From contig CM007991.1 in NCBI GenBank assembly GCA_002189035.1, positions 4,712,001-4,776,000 on the forward strand: a stretch of DNA of 64,000 nucleotides, written 5' to 3'. The DNA is from Utricularia gibba (taxonomy: Eukaryota > Plantae > Magnoliophyta). Of the stretch, positions 48,411 to 62,400 are shown piece after piece. How positions within the stretch are numbered: position 1 is the first letter of the stretch; each line of letters opens with the position of its first letter. The notes below the pieces were generated by a model that was not told the DNA's origin, did no database searches, and saw only the letters and a list, made by a program, of their open reading frames with translations. Both the position numbers and the translations under genes were made by a program.

Positions 48411-49684
48411 CTTTGGTCAGTTTATGAGACAATAAAAGATTTGTATCTTCGAAACCCAAGAGGGGGGATAATGCCCTTTTTTTTTTCAAGAAATTGAAAT
48501 ATTTCATATTCATCTAAAGAAATATTTTACAATAAAATAGTTATATGACATGAAGTTCTTCTTATTGCATCACTCCCATTTTCTTTATGGAAGCTCTGTC
48601 GAATGTAAGCCAGCCTTACTCTATGGTAATTCGTGAAGAAAGCCAAACCACCAAACCGCTGCAAGTGGGAAAACCATAAAAAAATAACGATTGTTTGTGG
48701 AAGGTTTTATAGAAAGACCCCTTGAAAATTAGTCTAGAAAAGTTCATGGATGTTGAGCAAATCCTCTTCTTTGATCAAGGAATCCTTGGAAACACATCTA
48801 GAAAAGTTTCGAGTAGCAAATTAGTATTCGGCAAGAATCTATGTTTTAGGTATTAAGAAGGTGGAATTGGCTCTTATAATTTGGAAATTATTCGTGTACA
48901 TATTGAGTTTCAGATTCGAAATGAGAAACTGTCAAAACCATCAATCCTCATTCAATGAACATTCAATCCAAGCTTTGACCATGTTGCCCAAACAACCTCA
49001 GTACATATGATATATGTAGCAAACCTGCTATTCAGAGTATACCATATAGAAATAATAGAAAGAGGATGCAAACATCATCTAGAATGATAGAGATGGTTCT
49101 ACTTGGTAGGATATTTTGTTGAATATTTGGAACATGAACTATAGATACAAAAAAATCAATTAAGAACTATCTGAACTATGATTCAAACTTCATACTTTAT
49201 TACAAACCAATCATTTGTATGGGTCTTGTTCTTGAATTATGAATCAAACTACGAGTATAACTGCCAAAAAAAAGGCATAGATGTGATACTACTTGAGAGT
49301 ATGGTTTCCCTTTAAGTTCACTACATGTAACAATGATACATGAAATAAATGGCTACAACTGAGTTTCTCTTAGTCATAATAACATCTACTTTCTTTCATT
49401 TGTATGAATGGCGAGCATACCAGCCAATTGCCTTGATTTTGGAATATCATTACATAAAAAATAGAAACTAATAAAGAGACTTGTGATCCCATATAAAAAA
49501 ATAATGATCCCTCATATGCCTGCAGATTCCATTATCATTAAGTGTATCAATGGCTTTTTGTACTAATTTTTGAGAAATGTATCAATCAATTCTGATTCTT
49601 TCTCCACATATTGCTGGATTTTTCGTGAAATAAAAACAGATAATGAATTTGTTGTAGGTCTAGAAGGATAATCCATAAAGCGAT

Positions 49685-51197
49685 TGATAAACGGAAATTT
49701 TAGCATATTGTTGCAATAAAAGCAAACTTCCGTATAAAATACATTTATAAGCCCTAATCTACACAAAATATAAATTGAGAAAACTTGTATAGTGGATGTC
49801 GGGGTCGATCACAAGGAGCTTGTGCTTGCTATGTATTTCAGCAGATGCAGAATTCAAAGTAATGGTAAGTCTTAGTCTAAACTTGGACCAACAGTGGTAA
49901 ACAAGTTTGGTAAACAAGATCAGTAAACAATATCTGGTTTTAACGCTAAGGTAACGGGTACTGCTTCTAACTCAAAATAATGCTAAGGTGCCTTAAGTGT
50001 CTGCAAGTGGTATAGTGCAAAAATCCCTAATTTAATGTAAACAAGATCAGTAAACAATATCAGGTCTTAACGCTAACGTAATAGGTACTAATTCTAACTC
50101 AGGTCAAAATAATACCATGGTGCCATAAGGTTCTTTAGGTAGTATGGTGCCAAAATCCCTAATTTAATCTACAATGTTCCTACACTCAAAACTTCAAATA
50201 ACCTAAGTCTACCCAGGTCATTCATCATATTTTCGGCTAAGCTAGTCTCTCATATCATCATCAACATTGCAATTAGGTCTACCCGCATGCAAAGCATATA
50301 AAATTAGGTCTACCCAGTTTTACTGGCTCTACCCGAAACTAACACCTACTGCTCACATGTTGATTTGTTGGTCTACCTATAAATTAAGCATCTCAGTTGT
50401 GAAGCTACTTGTTCCCCTCCTTAGGTCTATCCATGGTTTGATAGAAACAAGAGCTAAGAAACAATGGCGAATGTTATTAAGATTCCTAGACCCACACCAC
50501 CATGCTTCACCTCAAGACATCCCTAGGGCTTTAGCAACTCATATTTGGAATGTAAAAATTATCGACATTAATATAAAAAAACGAAAATGCTAAGGACATC
50601 ATGTCGAAGTTGGGTGCAGAAACTGAAGACATCAACAACTAAAAGAAAGCAGCAGAGTTCTGGTTTCCGTCTGCTACTGTTCACAATCCGGAATAGTAGC
50701 GGTGAACTGGGTCTTGATCTTCTTCCTTCACGTTGGAGGTTCTTTTCCAGAAAAATCGCCTTTCTTCCATCTTCTCCTTTAGTGTTCTTCGTGTTCGAGT
50801 TGGGGGAGAAACCGCCTTGTGTGTGTTCTGAAAATTCTACTTGTCCTAGTTTTCGACTCTCTCTACTGCTCATCTTTCTCTCGCTTCCCACTACCCAAGG
50901 CAAGTACATTCTCTGACAAATCTATTGCTCGTATCCCCGACTTGCAGACTGCTGCCGTGACAGTGTACTCATTGCACCCTGCAGCCTGGTGACTTGCACG
51001 AAATCTAGATTTCTTCCTTGACTTTCGAGTTGCTGCTAGACTCCAAAATCGGGTTAGATTTAGCCCAATAATACACCAAAAATCATATTTTTTTTCTAAT
51101 CAAATAAAAATATTTAAAACTATAAAATTAACACTTAAATATAATTAAAAATTTATGATTTTTCATATCCTAAAACATGAAAATTTGTGTGCTATTA
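49685..51197 (-). mobile_element. Athila-like solo LTR (1513 bp), TSD GCGAT
   Basis: GCGAT at 49680-49684 and 51198-51202; homologous to 10774-11766 and 56016-57404. Confidence 0.92.
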
Positions 51198-51493
51198 GCG
51201 ATTAACTCGTTTCTATACTTGTTGCACTTTTAAACATTATACTCATTTCATTTTAGGATTTTCGGAATGGAATTCTAATCATTGTATGCAACATAGGCAA
51301 GTGATTGGTAGTATTTCACACAATGAAGTCTAGAAATTTATTTATAAAGAGAGTATAACCCCATGCGTTCTTCCACGTTAGTGTCCAATCACTACATACA
51401 TACAATACAGTGTCTCACTCTCTTAGGAGTTCATCAAGCGAGAGAAGCAAAAGGGAAGAAGGATGGATTATTGGTAACTACATATTTACAATA

Positions 51494-52060
51494 TAGGATC
51501 CCATTGGATTTTTTTTCAAAAGAGCATACAAACCCCTTTGATAAAATAAGAACAGCTTTGAGTAATATTTTGAGAAGAGCTATTCATAAAAGGCTTTCAT
51601 TAAAATTCTCATAGAATCGAGAATGAAGTTTTCATTCTACCCCGAAACATAGGCCCACTGCTGAACCCACTCTGGCTCAGCCTGCACAGATGTCTAATCC
51701 ATGTGAATTTCAAATTCAGAGGAGTTGGTATCAACATACGCCGAATTTTAATGAACTCAATAGAAGAGTTATCTATCAGAACACTTGCAATAAATTTCTC
51801 TACAGCACCTCCAATCATGTGATAAGAATAGTAGATCTTTGTAGATCAATCTTCATAGGTTTGATTCTGTAGAATTTGATTTTCTCAACATTCATTTCAT
51901 AATCCTTCAGTCATCCATAATATCAAATAAACCATTTTCATCGAGATGTTATTGGGCTTTCCTTTTTTTTAGCTCCATTAGTAGTTGTGTAAGCTTGCTG
52001 CTCGATTTAATGGGGGTTCGTAGTGATGGAGGAACTAAATGAGAAATTTACCTTGAGTTC
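51494..52060 (+). pseudogene. accD: Further accD-like NUPT pieces
   Basis: ggatcccattggattttttt (DPIGFFS versus DPIEFHS) at ~51494; tttaatgggggttcgtag...gagaaatttacc (versus FMGGSMGSVVGEKIT) at ~52007. Confidence 0.45.
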
Positions 52061-54262
52061 AATGATCAAACCTATTAAGGATTTTTACAATCTTTACTTC
52101 TCCATTACTTTTCAATGATCAGCTGTTATGGTATAAGGTGGAAAAATACTCTATAAATCAGATATGTCACTAAAATCATTTTATTTCTTATGATAATTCA
52201 TATTTTCTCCATATTTAAATCTATTATTTTATTATGGATGTTAGCTCTGCATCATTGTAAAATTATTAAAAATACAAAAAAATTGAAAAAATTAATACAT
52301 TTAAAATGAGTTATTTAATATATCTCAAGTTATTATATCATCACTAACCATGACATTAAATTAAAAAAATTACTTGGATATATTTAATTTTTACATAAAA
52401 CAATAAGAAAGATCATCAAAAGTCTTAACAAAAAAAAAACCCCAATAATGAGCTTTCTTGGGTAATCAATAAGACATATGAAATTATATACAATCAAATT
52501 TAATTCTTTTTTATAATAAATATATCATAATAATAAAAAGACTAATGTATACTATTATATATATATATATATACATATATGTCATTATAAAAAAATCAAA
52601 TACTAAAATTTATAGTAAATTTACCAAATAAGGGAAAAACGAATTGTGTTCATGTGCACATATTTTAAAATTTTAATGGGGTTAATGATGATGTTTTCTA
52701 ATTTTTAGAAGTTTTAAATTTTAATTTGAATGTTTTACAAATGTGTGTAACTAACAAAATTTAAAAGGTGAATACATGTTTTACCAAATTTACAGGATGC
52801 CTTCTCCATATTCCCTTGAGCTCTGAAATGGCCGATCGTCCGAACTTCAATTTTAGCACTTGATGAAGGACAAAACCACTCTTCCCTCAATTTATCTAAA
52901 CCTGTAGCATTGAGTTCCCTTCTGGTATATGGAAACCAAAAGGGGATTTTCTTACCTGCATGGAACACATTAATCAAACATGATTTATCACTAAACCTGA
53001 CTCTAAACCCACGTAAAACTACAAACCGAACTATCCCATAATGGTACTCTATTATCTAAAACTGAACTTTAAAAAAACTTGGTTGACAAACAACATCTAA
53101 ATAAAAATCATATTTTCTTTCTATTTGAAACCTTGGCAACAATCTAAATTACAATCTCTCAAACAAGTATAATCAGCTAAAAAATCACCTATGTTTATAT
53201 CATTTTTTAAACATGTTTTCAAAGGGATTACCTTATCCTCTATTCAAAAACGAGAGTTGAGTTTCGATATAACGTTGATTCATAAAAAATTAACTCTTAC
53301 AGAATTAGTAAACAAATGAGCAATCATTATATAATCCATTCATCTCTTTGTCAGGGCCAATGTGTATTATCAATATATAGACATGTGATTTATTGAAATA
53401 TACACTTTAATTTATCTTCTTTCCAATAAGTTGTGTTTCTATTAAGAAGATTAAATGAGTTGTTTCATTTATCCATCAGGTTGATGAACTAAATCAAATA
53501 GTTATATGATTGAAAAAAATGGCTTGTGAATTTGCTATTTATGAAGTAAAATCTCATTGTCTATGTACAAGGATTAAATCAAAGTAAACAGAAAAAGTCT
53601 GCACTTTTTATCCAAAGTGTGGTTGATTAGTTTGAAGTGGATTTGCAATATATACTTAATAAGGTTTTGATTATCTATTTCAACCGATAGATTACCTTGA
53701 TCAAAAAAAAAAGTGTGATTTGGATGACCAAGATACTAATAGTAATTGATTTTTTAGAGATTATTGAGGAGGATGTTCATTTATATAAAGAAAATCTTAA
53801 TTAGTATGATAAATTCGTAGAAATGTCACTGATATTATGCAAAAATTGAGAATGAGAAATCTTATATTTATGTTACTGTTCCTGTTTTTTAGAAAGGAGA
53901 ATGTAAGAAACCAATTCGAATAGAAAGAATGGAATTGCAAAAGACATGTTTTTGATTCATAACTAGTTCTTTGCTTTTTAATTTTTATGATTTACTTTTG
54001 TTTAGGACATCTAATATTTTTCGTATTGATAATAGAAAATTATAATGTAAATATTGATATGTTATTATTAACACTCTACAAAATATTTTTTATTCAAGAA
54101 AGCGAAATTAAAAATTTTTAAATAAAAGATAAGATGAATATAGATGTAAGTTATTTTATTTGAGATCTAGCATACAGAATATGTCAAATTTTAGGCCACA
54201 AGATAAGTGTTTGATTATCTATCAATTCTACAACCAAATAATGTGGAATGGTCCTTAGATAC

Positions 54263-54778
54263 TGTTACGGGTAAAATCGGTATCCGTTGGGAGGCCGATT
54301 TAAGGTGATAGGTGCGAACGAGAATGTCACACTTAGTCGCGTTTTTCACAGTTGATTCGATTGAAGTAAAAGTGAGCGAAGATTTTTACGTGGAAACCGC
54401 CGAAAAGCGGAAAAACCACGGAGGTACCAGAGCTCAGCGGGAAAGATTTCCACTAGATGGAGATGGTGAAGAGGGGAATACTAGTTTTCCCCCAATCCTA
54501 TTTTTGTCATAATTCCTTCTATTTATAGAAGGGCTCAATCTGACCGAATCCTAACATCTGCAAATGTCGGTTGCTTTCTGCATCTACTATACGATTTCGC
54601 TTTTTAGATATCGCCCGCCTGTTATGCCGTAATTTGGCCGCTTTTCAGACTGCGTCATATGGCCACACCTGTCAGATTTCTGACACATATCGGTCTGTCG
54701 GTTGGCATTATCCCCTCAGAATCCCTTTTTGCAGATTTTCAGAATCCGATTAACCTTTGCCGACTTTATCCCCCATCA
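54263..54778 (-). mobile_element. Tat/Retand-like solo LTR (516 bp), TSD GATAC
   Basis: TG...CA termini; GATAC at 54258-54262 and 54779-54783; TATA-like ctataaatag on -; CpG-rich; lineage tentative. Confidence 0.85.
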
Positions 54779-56015
54779 GATACATTTCAATATATGAGGA
54801 GCTGCATGGCATGATTATCTAATAGTTCAAGTACAATTGATATAGTTGAAGCCTAAGAAAAATATGGTTTTTGGGAATGAAATGTGTGGCGTCAGATTAT
54901 AGAGTTTATCATTTTTTTTTTAAAATTTCTTCTATAAGAGTGTGAAATATTACCTTTTGACTTATCAGAAGCTGAAGAAGAATTAGTAGCAATTTATCAA
55001 ACATAAATATTTTGGGATCAAACGAATGGTTTATTTTAAGTTGCTTTCATATATTTTTGTGGGAAAGATTGACCCAGAAGGGATGGCTAGATCAAGGGGA
55101 ATGGAATGAGACTAGATAATGAACATGAGGAGTTGCTGGACAAGTACCCCCATGGAAGTGGGATCTCCCTCATTTTATAGTAGACGCCAAAGGAATCTAA
55201 TGAGTCCCGATAAAATTTTCCAGACAGCTTAAGAGCTTTATTGCATCAAGGAAATATGGAGTTGTCACGAGGAGATGACAATTATTTTTCCGACTACTCT
55301 CTGGAAAAAGCCAGATGTAACAGTTAATTGAAATGGAAAATACCACTCCATGTCAAACTAGGATACAAGTATATAATTGAGGAAAGAGACAAAAGAAAAA
55401 ACTTCTGATCATTTTTTGAGAAAACAAGTAATAAAAAAGAAATAGGAGAAAGTTATGAGCAACTCCATTAGAAATTTCAAATTTTCTTCATAGTGTATTA
55501 TACCCAAAGAAGTTATCATTTATTTTTATTTAGTGAAAAGCCCATTTTTTGGTTTTCAGGGTTAATATATCGTTATGTCATTTTGTCTGCTTTCCAACAT
55601 TTTTGGCACACTTACTTTTATAAAAACTCACCTGAAACCCAGAAAAATATTTTAGTAACCTGGAATATATATATAACTACTAATTTCCTCATTATTTGTA
55701 ACAATTCATTACTTAGGACATTAGAATTTTTCTATTCCATATATATTCATTGTCGAAATTTTTCACATAAATAAAAGAAGTGAAGCCTTCGGAATACTAA
55801 TCGGCATTTGTACATTAGCAAAAACATATTTGTTCTTGCTTAGTTCGATTGTAACAAAATGGACTTCACCAAAGTTGAGAATGCACCAACTAATTTAAGA
55901 GGATGTTCTACATGAGTTTGATTATAACAGGATAGACTTGACCAATGTTGAGAATGCACCAACTAATTTAATAGGACGTTCCACATGTTTTTTGGGTTAC
56001 TTCTCCTTTTTCAAC

Positions 56016-57404
56016 TGATGACACACATTTTTCCTGAGTTTTATAATACAAAATAGTTATATTTTATTGTGGTTTAGGTTAAATAAATGAGGTTTTTTTT
56101 ATGTTTATGTGTGTTTAAGTTAATTTTGTGTCTTTATGTTAAAAAGTAACTAAATCCTTTGATTTAGTCCACCACCTTTGTTACTAATGTTTGACTAAGT
56201 TCAGCAGGGAGATCAACAGAAAATCAGACTTACAAACGTGTGGAACAAGTGAAAAAGGGTGCATTATTCGAAGAGAGACAAAGAGCATTGTTCTGCCGCC
56301 ACCTGCAGTCTGCAAGTTCAGGCCGGGAACAGTGCTGGTTCAGGAATAGTGCAATGGGGTGAAGGAGAGGAGATATTCTTTTCAAAAAGGGGTGAGCGGG
56401 AAGAGCGGAGAGGGGTGCGAGGAACATAGAACGCAAAGGGGGGTTTCTTCCCAAACGCGAAAAAAAACATCAACCAAAAGAGGGGAAGAAGGCCTTCATC
56501 GTCAAGAGCAGCACTAGAGCCCAGTCCGGTGCTACTATTCCGGTCCGTGAACAGTAGCAACCGGACAACAAAACAATCTTTATTTCCTTTCTGTTTTCTG
56601 AATGCTTCGAGTTTTTGTACCTGACTTGCTTACAATGTTTCTGTCATTTTTGCCATATTATCTGAATGAAATCATGTTTTATTTTCTATGTATGAGTAGC
56701 TAAAGCCTTAGGGATTTCTTAAGGTTAAGTATGGCGGTATGTGCTTAGGGTTAATAATGAAATTTATGTTTCTTCCTTAACTCTGGTTTCTATCAATCCA
56801 TGGGTAGACCTAAGGAGGGGAACAAGTAGTTTGACAACTAAGATGCTTGGTTTAGAGGTAGACCAACGAATTAAGATAGGAGTAGTAGGTGCTAGTCCAG
56901 GGTAGAACCAGTAGAACTAGGTACACCTAGTTCTATATGCTTTGCATGCGGGTAGACCTAATTGCAATGTTGGTTATGATATTAGGGACTAACTTAACCG
57001 AAAATATAATGAATAACTTTAATAGACTTAGGTTATTTGAAATTATGAGTGTAGGAACATGGTAAATTAAATTAGGCACCTAAGCATAACACCACCGGCA
57101 GATCCTTAAGGCATCTTCGTCTTATTATGAGTTAGAACCAGTACTTATTACCTTTCGTATTGAAACCTGATTCTGTTTACTGAACTTACTTGCCACTGTT
57201 AGTCCAAGCTGAGACTAAGATCTATTGTTATTCTGAATCATGCATTTACTAAAACACTTAGCAAGCACAAGCTCTTCATGATCGACCCCGATAACCACTA
57301 TACAAGTTTTCTAAATTTTTATTTTGTGTGGATTAGAGATTATAAATTTATTTGATACGGATTTCTATTTTTATTGCAACGATATAAGAAATTTCTGTTT
57401 ATCA
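56016..57404 (+). mobile_element. Athila-like solo LTR (1389 bp), TSD TCAAC
   Basis: TGAT...ATCA termini; TCAAC at 56011-56015 and 57405-57409; related to 49685-51197. Confidence 0.92.
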
Positions 57405-57599
57405 TCAACCATGAGAAAGTGCAAGTGTTATCATAATAATACATCCTTCTTCTTTTTCCTCTTTTTAAAATTTTCTTTCTTCCTCTCCCTTGGAATGCAA
57501 TTGACACATTCACCCTTCTGATTTTGACTTCTTGCTGGAAATAATACATGAATTTATGTTTATGTCCATAACTTTCTCAATTCACTTAAGAAAATCAGA

Positions 57600-58300
57600 G
57601 CACTGGCGCAAGAAATTCGCATCCGGATTCCCAAATCATGACATTGATGATCCTCTTATTTTGGGTCTTTTGAGACTGATCATGTTTATAGTAAGTCATT
57701 CCAAAATTGCTCATGTGCTCAAATGGTTTTGACATATAACTCTCTGGAGTTCCTTCTCTCCCACGTCACATGTTCTTCTTGTATTCTCTTTCGTATTTCA
57801 GCTTCTCGATAGGACCTATACTTTTAATTTTATCCCTGTCCAAGAAATGTTATCATGACATGTTTAAATTGCATAGTCTAGCACTTAATGGGCTTGGCCG
57901 ATGCAGATATGGCACAACGTAGGTTCACTTTCGAATCAGATTAATGTGAAATTGAGTTATTTCAAGTTTTGCATGTGTAGGTGATCAAACAAGTCAAGTA
58001 GCAATTCCTCATAGTTACTCTACTCAACTTCCTAGAGTATATGCGCAACCACATCGTGTCATTCCTTCTTCATAATAAGTAGTACTAGTGTTTTCATAGG
58101 CGAGTTACGGAGAGTTGTAAATCCTTTCTCTAGTAGATTTTCTAGTTGTAGCCTACGCTCCTTCTCCTCAGCAGGTGCCATCTAGTACAATATCTTGGTG
58201 ATAGGTTTCTCGATCTTGCATATGTCCAAGGAATTCTCCAAGAAGCATATTAGTAAATTTCCACATATGTGCTTCCACCCTTATCCATCATGTTACTACC
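57600..58300 (-). pseudogene. Degenerate Tekay-like RT remnant (may extend to ~59250)
   Basis: PITKILY*MAPAEEKERRLQLENLLEKGF resembles PISKAPYRMAPAELKELK.QL.ELL.KGF. Confidence 0.55.
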
Positions 58301-59499
58301 TAAGTAGCTGTGTTTCATCAAGTGGAATATAATATGTTCATCGGTCCTTTTCTCCACCCTTTATACACTCCCTTGTTCTCACTATGTACTCTCATAATAC
58401 CCACTTGGTATCTCATATGTCTATTGGACTGAGTTTCATCAAGTTTGTATCCCTCAATGATGTCTTCTATAGCTTCTTAGCCTTTCACTACCCAAGATAT
58501 AATCCACACACTAGGTGTAGCTCATCTCCTACACTCCCTATATTGGTGTGATAGTGCTTGTGTCATCATGCATATCCATGTCTGTGAGGTTGAATATTCT
58601 TGCTTCATACGCTCTATAGGTTTCCATGTTGCATCGCTTCCTATATTCATTTTCAACTTCTTTGGTTTCAAGCATTGTCATGCAATATGCCTTATCTGCT
58701 ATATCTGAAGACACTCTTCTCAGGGCGAAGCAACGCTCCCCACATGCCTCGTACATCTTGTTGACAAGGGGAAATGCGTATAGAGCTTGCACCCCCCCTC
58801 ATCATGGGTTTTTCCTTCCAAATTGCTGACTAGAGTCTTATTTAGCCTCAAGTTACTTGTTGTCCGCATCTACCACTTCTCCACTTCGTTACGTGTCTTG
58901 TCGTGATATGTGATGTGTATACTCAATCCATCTTCAATAACGAATAATGTGTCTGCTACCACTCGCCAACTAAGACCAATTAGGTCTCCTTGTTTATGCC
59001 TACTCTCCATCTTTCTCTTGTAGCGACCATGACAATCAAGAATAATTATTCTATAAATCCCATACTGCTGAAGTTTCAGCTAAGCACATTGTTCCTATGT
59101 ATGCTTATGTGATCATTCTCTCAACATCCTTTGAGTTATCTTCACATCTTGTTGCACTAGTTCTTGACCTAGTTCTTATAATGTAAAATCTCCTAGAAGA
59201 ATTCCCCTCAACTATACAATATTATTGACTTTAAGTTTTAGAATTCTAGACATTGCCAAGTTACTTGTCAAAATACATGAGCTATTAAAGGCATTAATCA
59301 TATACATATACTTACACTTGTTTATTTGCAAAATACCATAATTTTGAATCTTATAACAAATTCACATTAAATTACATTTTGATAACTTTGATAAATGATG
59401 ACACATTTTGTTGGCATTTGAATTCATGAAATTAGTTTCTTTTATTATGAAATTGGATGTTCCTAGCATAAATTCCAATTTTTTATAATTTTAATAGTA

Positions 59500-62400
59500 T
59501 TATTAATTTTATGCTCTAAAGTGGATTAAATCAATGATTTAGTTCACCTGATTCGTCAATGACATTTTTTTTGAAGTTTTAGAAGCAGATTTTCTAATAC
59601 AAACTCTCACAAGCATTGCACGTGCTAAGTTCACGTATTCTAACATAGTTCACTTTAATTGTAATGAAAACACTAATCGTTGTGTTAAGTTTTTGGATGA
59701 GAGAATAATCTCTATTAACAAAAAGGTTCAGAAAGGACTAGTTCCAACATATGTGTAAAGAATATGCTTTACATTTCTTGTTTTAATGTTAATGTAGTCC
59801 CAACATAAGAGATAATATTATTCCTTTCATTAGTTTAGCGTTTGTATTCTAAACGGCTCATCTTCTCGCATGATGATTGGGAAGGCCATCCTTCACATGC
59901 TTACCTAAATCATTTAACCAAATCACTTCCTTTTATTAAAAGCATGGCAGATAAAATGTGTTTTGACATATCCTCAACTAAAAAGGAAAAAAGTTGCATT
60001 TCTGAGACATTATGATTGCACGCCTATATTTGATACATTGCATATACACGCTTGAGGACCCCCTACAAAACCTGTGGTTTAAGTAGCTACATGTTCTTTC
60101 TTTCCATAGTAAATGATGACTCAAGAGTTACCTGGGTGTATCTCATGAGAATAAAAAATGAGGCATTTCATATATTAAAATCATTTGTTCATTTTGTTTG
60201 AAAAAAATTTCTGTAGATATTAAGACCATTAGGTTGTATCAGGCAAAAGAATCCTTCTCCTTCAATTTCAATATCTATTGAATGTAGCTTAGGCACTACT
60301 ATTCCAGCTCATCTATTTAGAGAATTTTGGGGTATGCCATGTTGATAAATGTTCATCTTATAGATAGAACTACTATGAAACGACTCAGATTTTGCACACT
60401 CTGTGAGAGCTAATTGGTTCTAAATCATTAACAACTAAGGTTATTTGGTTGGCTATCCTTGCCCAACTCTCAAAAGGAATGGCTCCAAACCATGGAAGTC
60501 TATGTAATACCCACAAGGTATTAAAGGGGATATCAAATTTCATGAAGGAATTTTTCCATTTGCTTGAATTTTTTTAAAACACATTAACTTTCTAATACAT
60601 CTTGAGGAAGTGTTGCAAGAAGAAGACCAAGAACACATAGACCCTTTCTCCAACTAGGTTCGATCACACTCTATCACTTGATCACGTAAGGGAAATGTTT
60701 CACCAATTAGCACAATGAGTCCACCAATCTCATTAAAATCCACAGTAGAAGTAAGTGTAGAGAATATAGAAGAGAGTTTGACGACCACTAGATTATCTTT
60801 ACCTATATGAGCACAATCTCACAAATCGTAAGATGGAGAAAGCTTAACAACCTATTGTGCCATTATTGGTACTCAAATTCTAGGCAAGGGACATCATCGC
60901 ATCACTCAGAATTTTTCAAAGACCCAATAGCCGAAAACATATCATGAGGCCACAATATATTTAGAATGAATGGCAACAATGCAATCAGAATTATATGCTT
61001 TAGAGTTGAATGAAACTTGGGGAATTACCTTTGTATGGGAGCAAACAAAACTGATTGAATGCAAATGAGTGTTCAAGATTATAGAGAGACTTAAGATGAA
61101 TGCTAAGGGATTATAGAGAGGCATAAGGTGAGGTTAGTCACAAAAGGGTATTGTCAAGTACATTGTTTTGATTACAATGAGAATTGTTTTCCTAATAGTA
61201 AAACATATCACTATGAGATTGTTCTTTACTCTAGCCTATGTCAACTCTGGTTTCTTAGACAAATCCATGTACACAATGCTTTGTGGTTGCTTAGATGAGA
61301 AGATTTACATGTAGTTACCACTGAGATATCAATTTGGCTTGTGTTCTAAGACAGTGATATATGCACTCCAATAGGCATCCAGATAATGGAATAAGAGTAC
61401 TTCAAGTTTCTTGATGAAGTATGGGTTCGAACAATCCCAAGCAGATTATTTCTTATTCAAATGCACTCAAATGAGGGTAATTAAATTGCTTTACTTATTT
61501 ATGTAGATAATATAGTTGTAGGCCATAATTCAGATGCAAGAATTGATGAACAATTCATATATGTTGGTTCAAAGTTCAGCATTTGTGTTCATGGAGAATC
61601 CAAGTATTTTTGAGGAGATGAAGTGGCATGAAAAGAAAAAGGAATAAACTTGTGTCAAAGAAAATATATACTAGATTTTCTCTAAGACTATACTTTACCT
61701 GCTACAAAATCAGTGCATACTCTACTTACTATAGAATACAAAGTGGATGATGAAGCCTCCCCTCTACTTGAAGATGTCACAAAGATCAAAGGTTAGTTGA
61801 TAAGCTAATTTATTCTACCTTCATTAGACCAGATATTGTTGACCTATGTGGACAAATCAAGAGAGCTACATTCACAATGTGCAATGAGACTTTTGTTGTA
61901 TCTCAAATGGAGCAAGAGGGAACATCTCTTCTTTCAAGCCAACTCTAGAACTTAATTAAGGGCCTACTACGATAGTGATTTGGTGTATCAACATTAAAAG
62001 ATCAATTTCTAGGTTTTGCATATCCATAGCCCCACCTATATCGAAAAAAATAATGTATTGTAAATTTTTAAGATTTAAAATTATAATGTCTAAATTTCAA
62101 TCCCCTCTTAATGTTAAATTAATAAATATGAACTGGTAAAAAAAAATAAGTATGCCCAATGTGAGAACCCTCATATTGATGTTCCAAAAATGAATGTCAT
62201 TTATATTTTATGTGAAGTAATCTTATATTCAATGAAAAAGTTATGAATCTATTAGTTATTATAATGATATTGATTTCCAAAAATTGTTTTAAATTATTTC
62301 ATCCAATTCAAATATACCTAGTTGTATAGAAATATTATTCAGAAGATTGCATTGGTCAAGATATTTTTGAATTGAAAGTTTTAAGACATTTTATTGTAAA

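Noticed and set aside
51640-51700. Possible atpA-like RVGSA fragment on the minus strand
   Set aside because: Only ~18 nt of similarity; flanks do not align; could be chance
52735-52977. 80-aa minus ORF (IPFWFPYTRRELNATGLDKLREEW)
   Set aside because: No recognisable domain, no splice or promoter context; needs BLAST
55866-55985. ~72-bp tandem duplication; (GTT)n at ~38640, (TA)n at ~52555 and poly-T runs at 4720-4802
   Set aside because: Ordinary slippage products with no further structure
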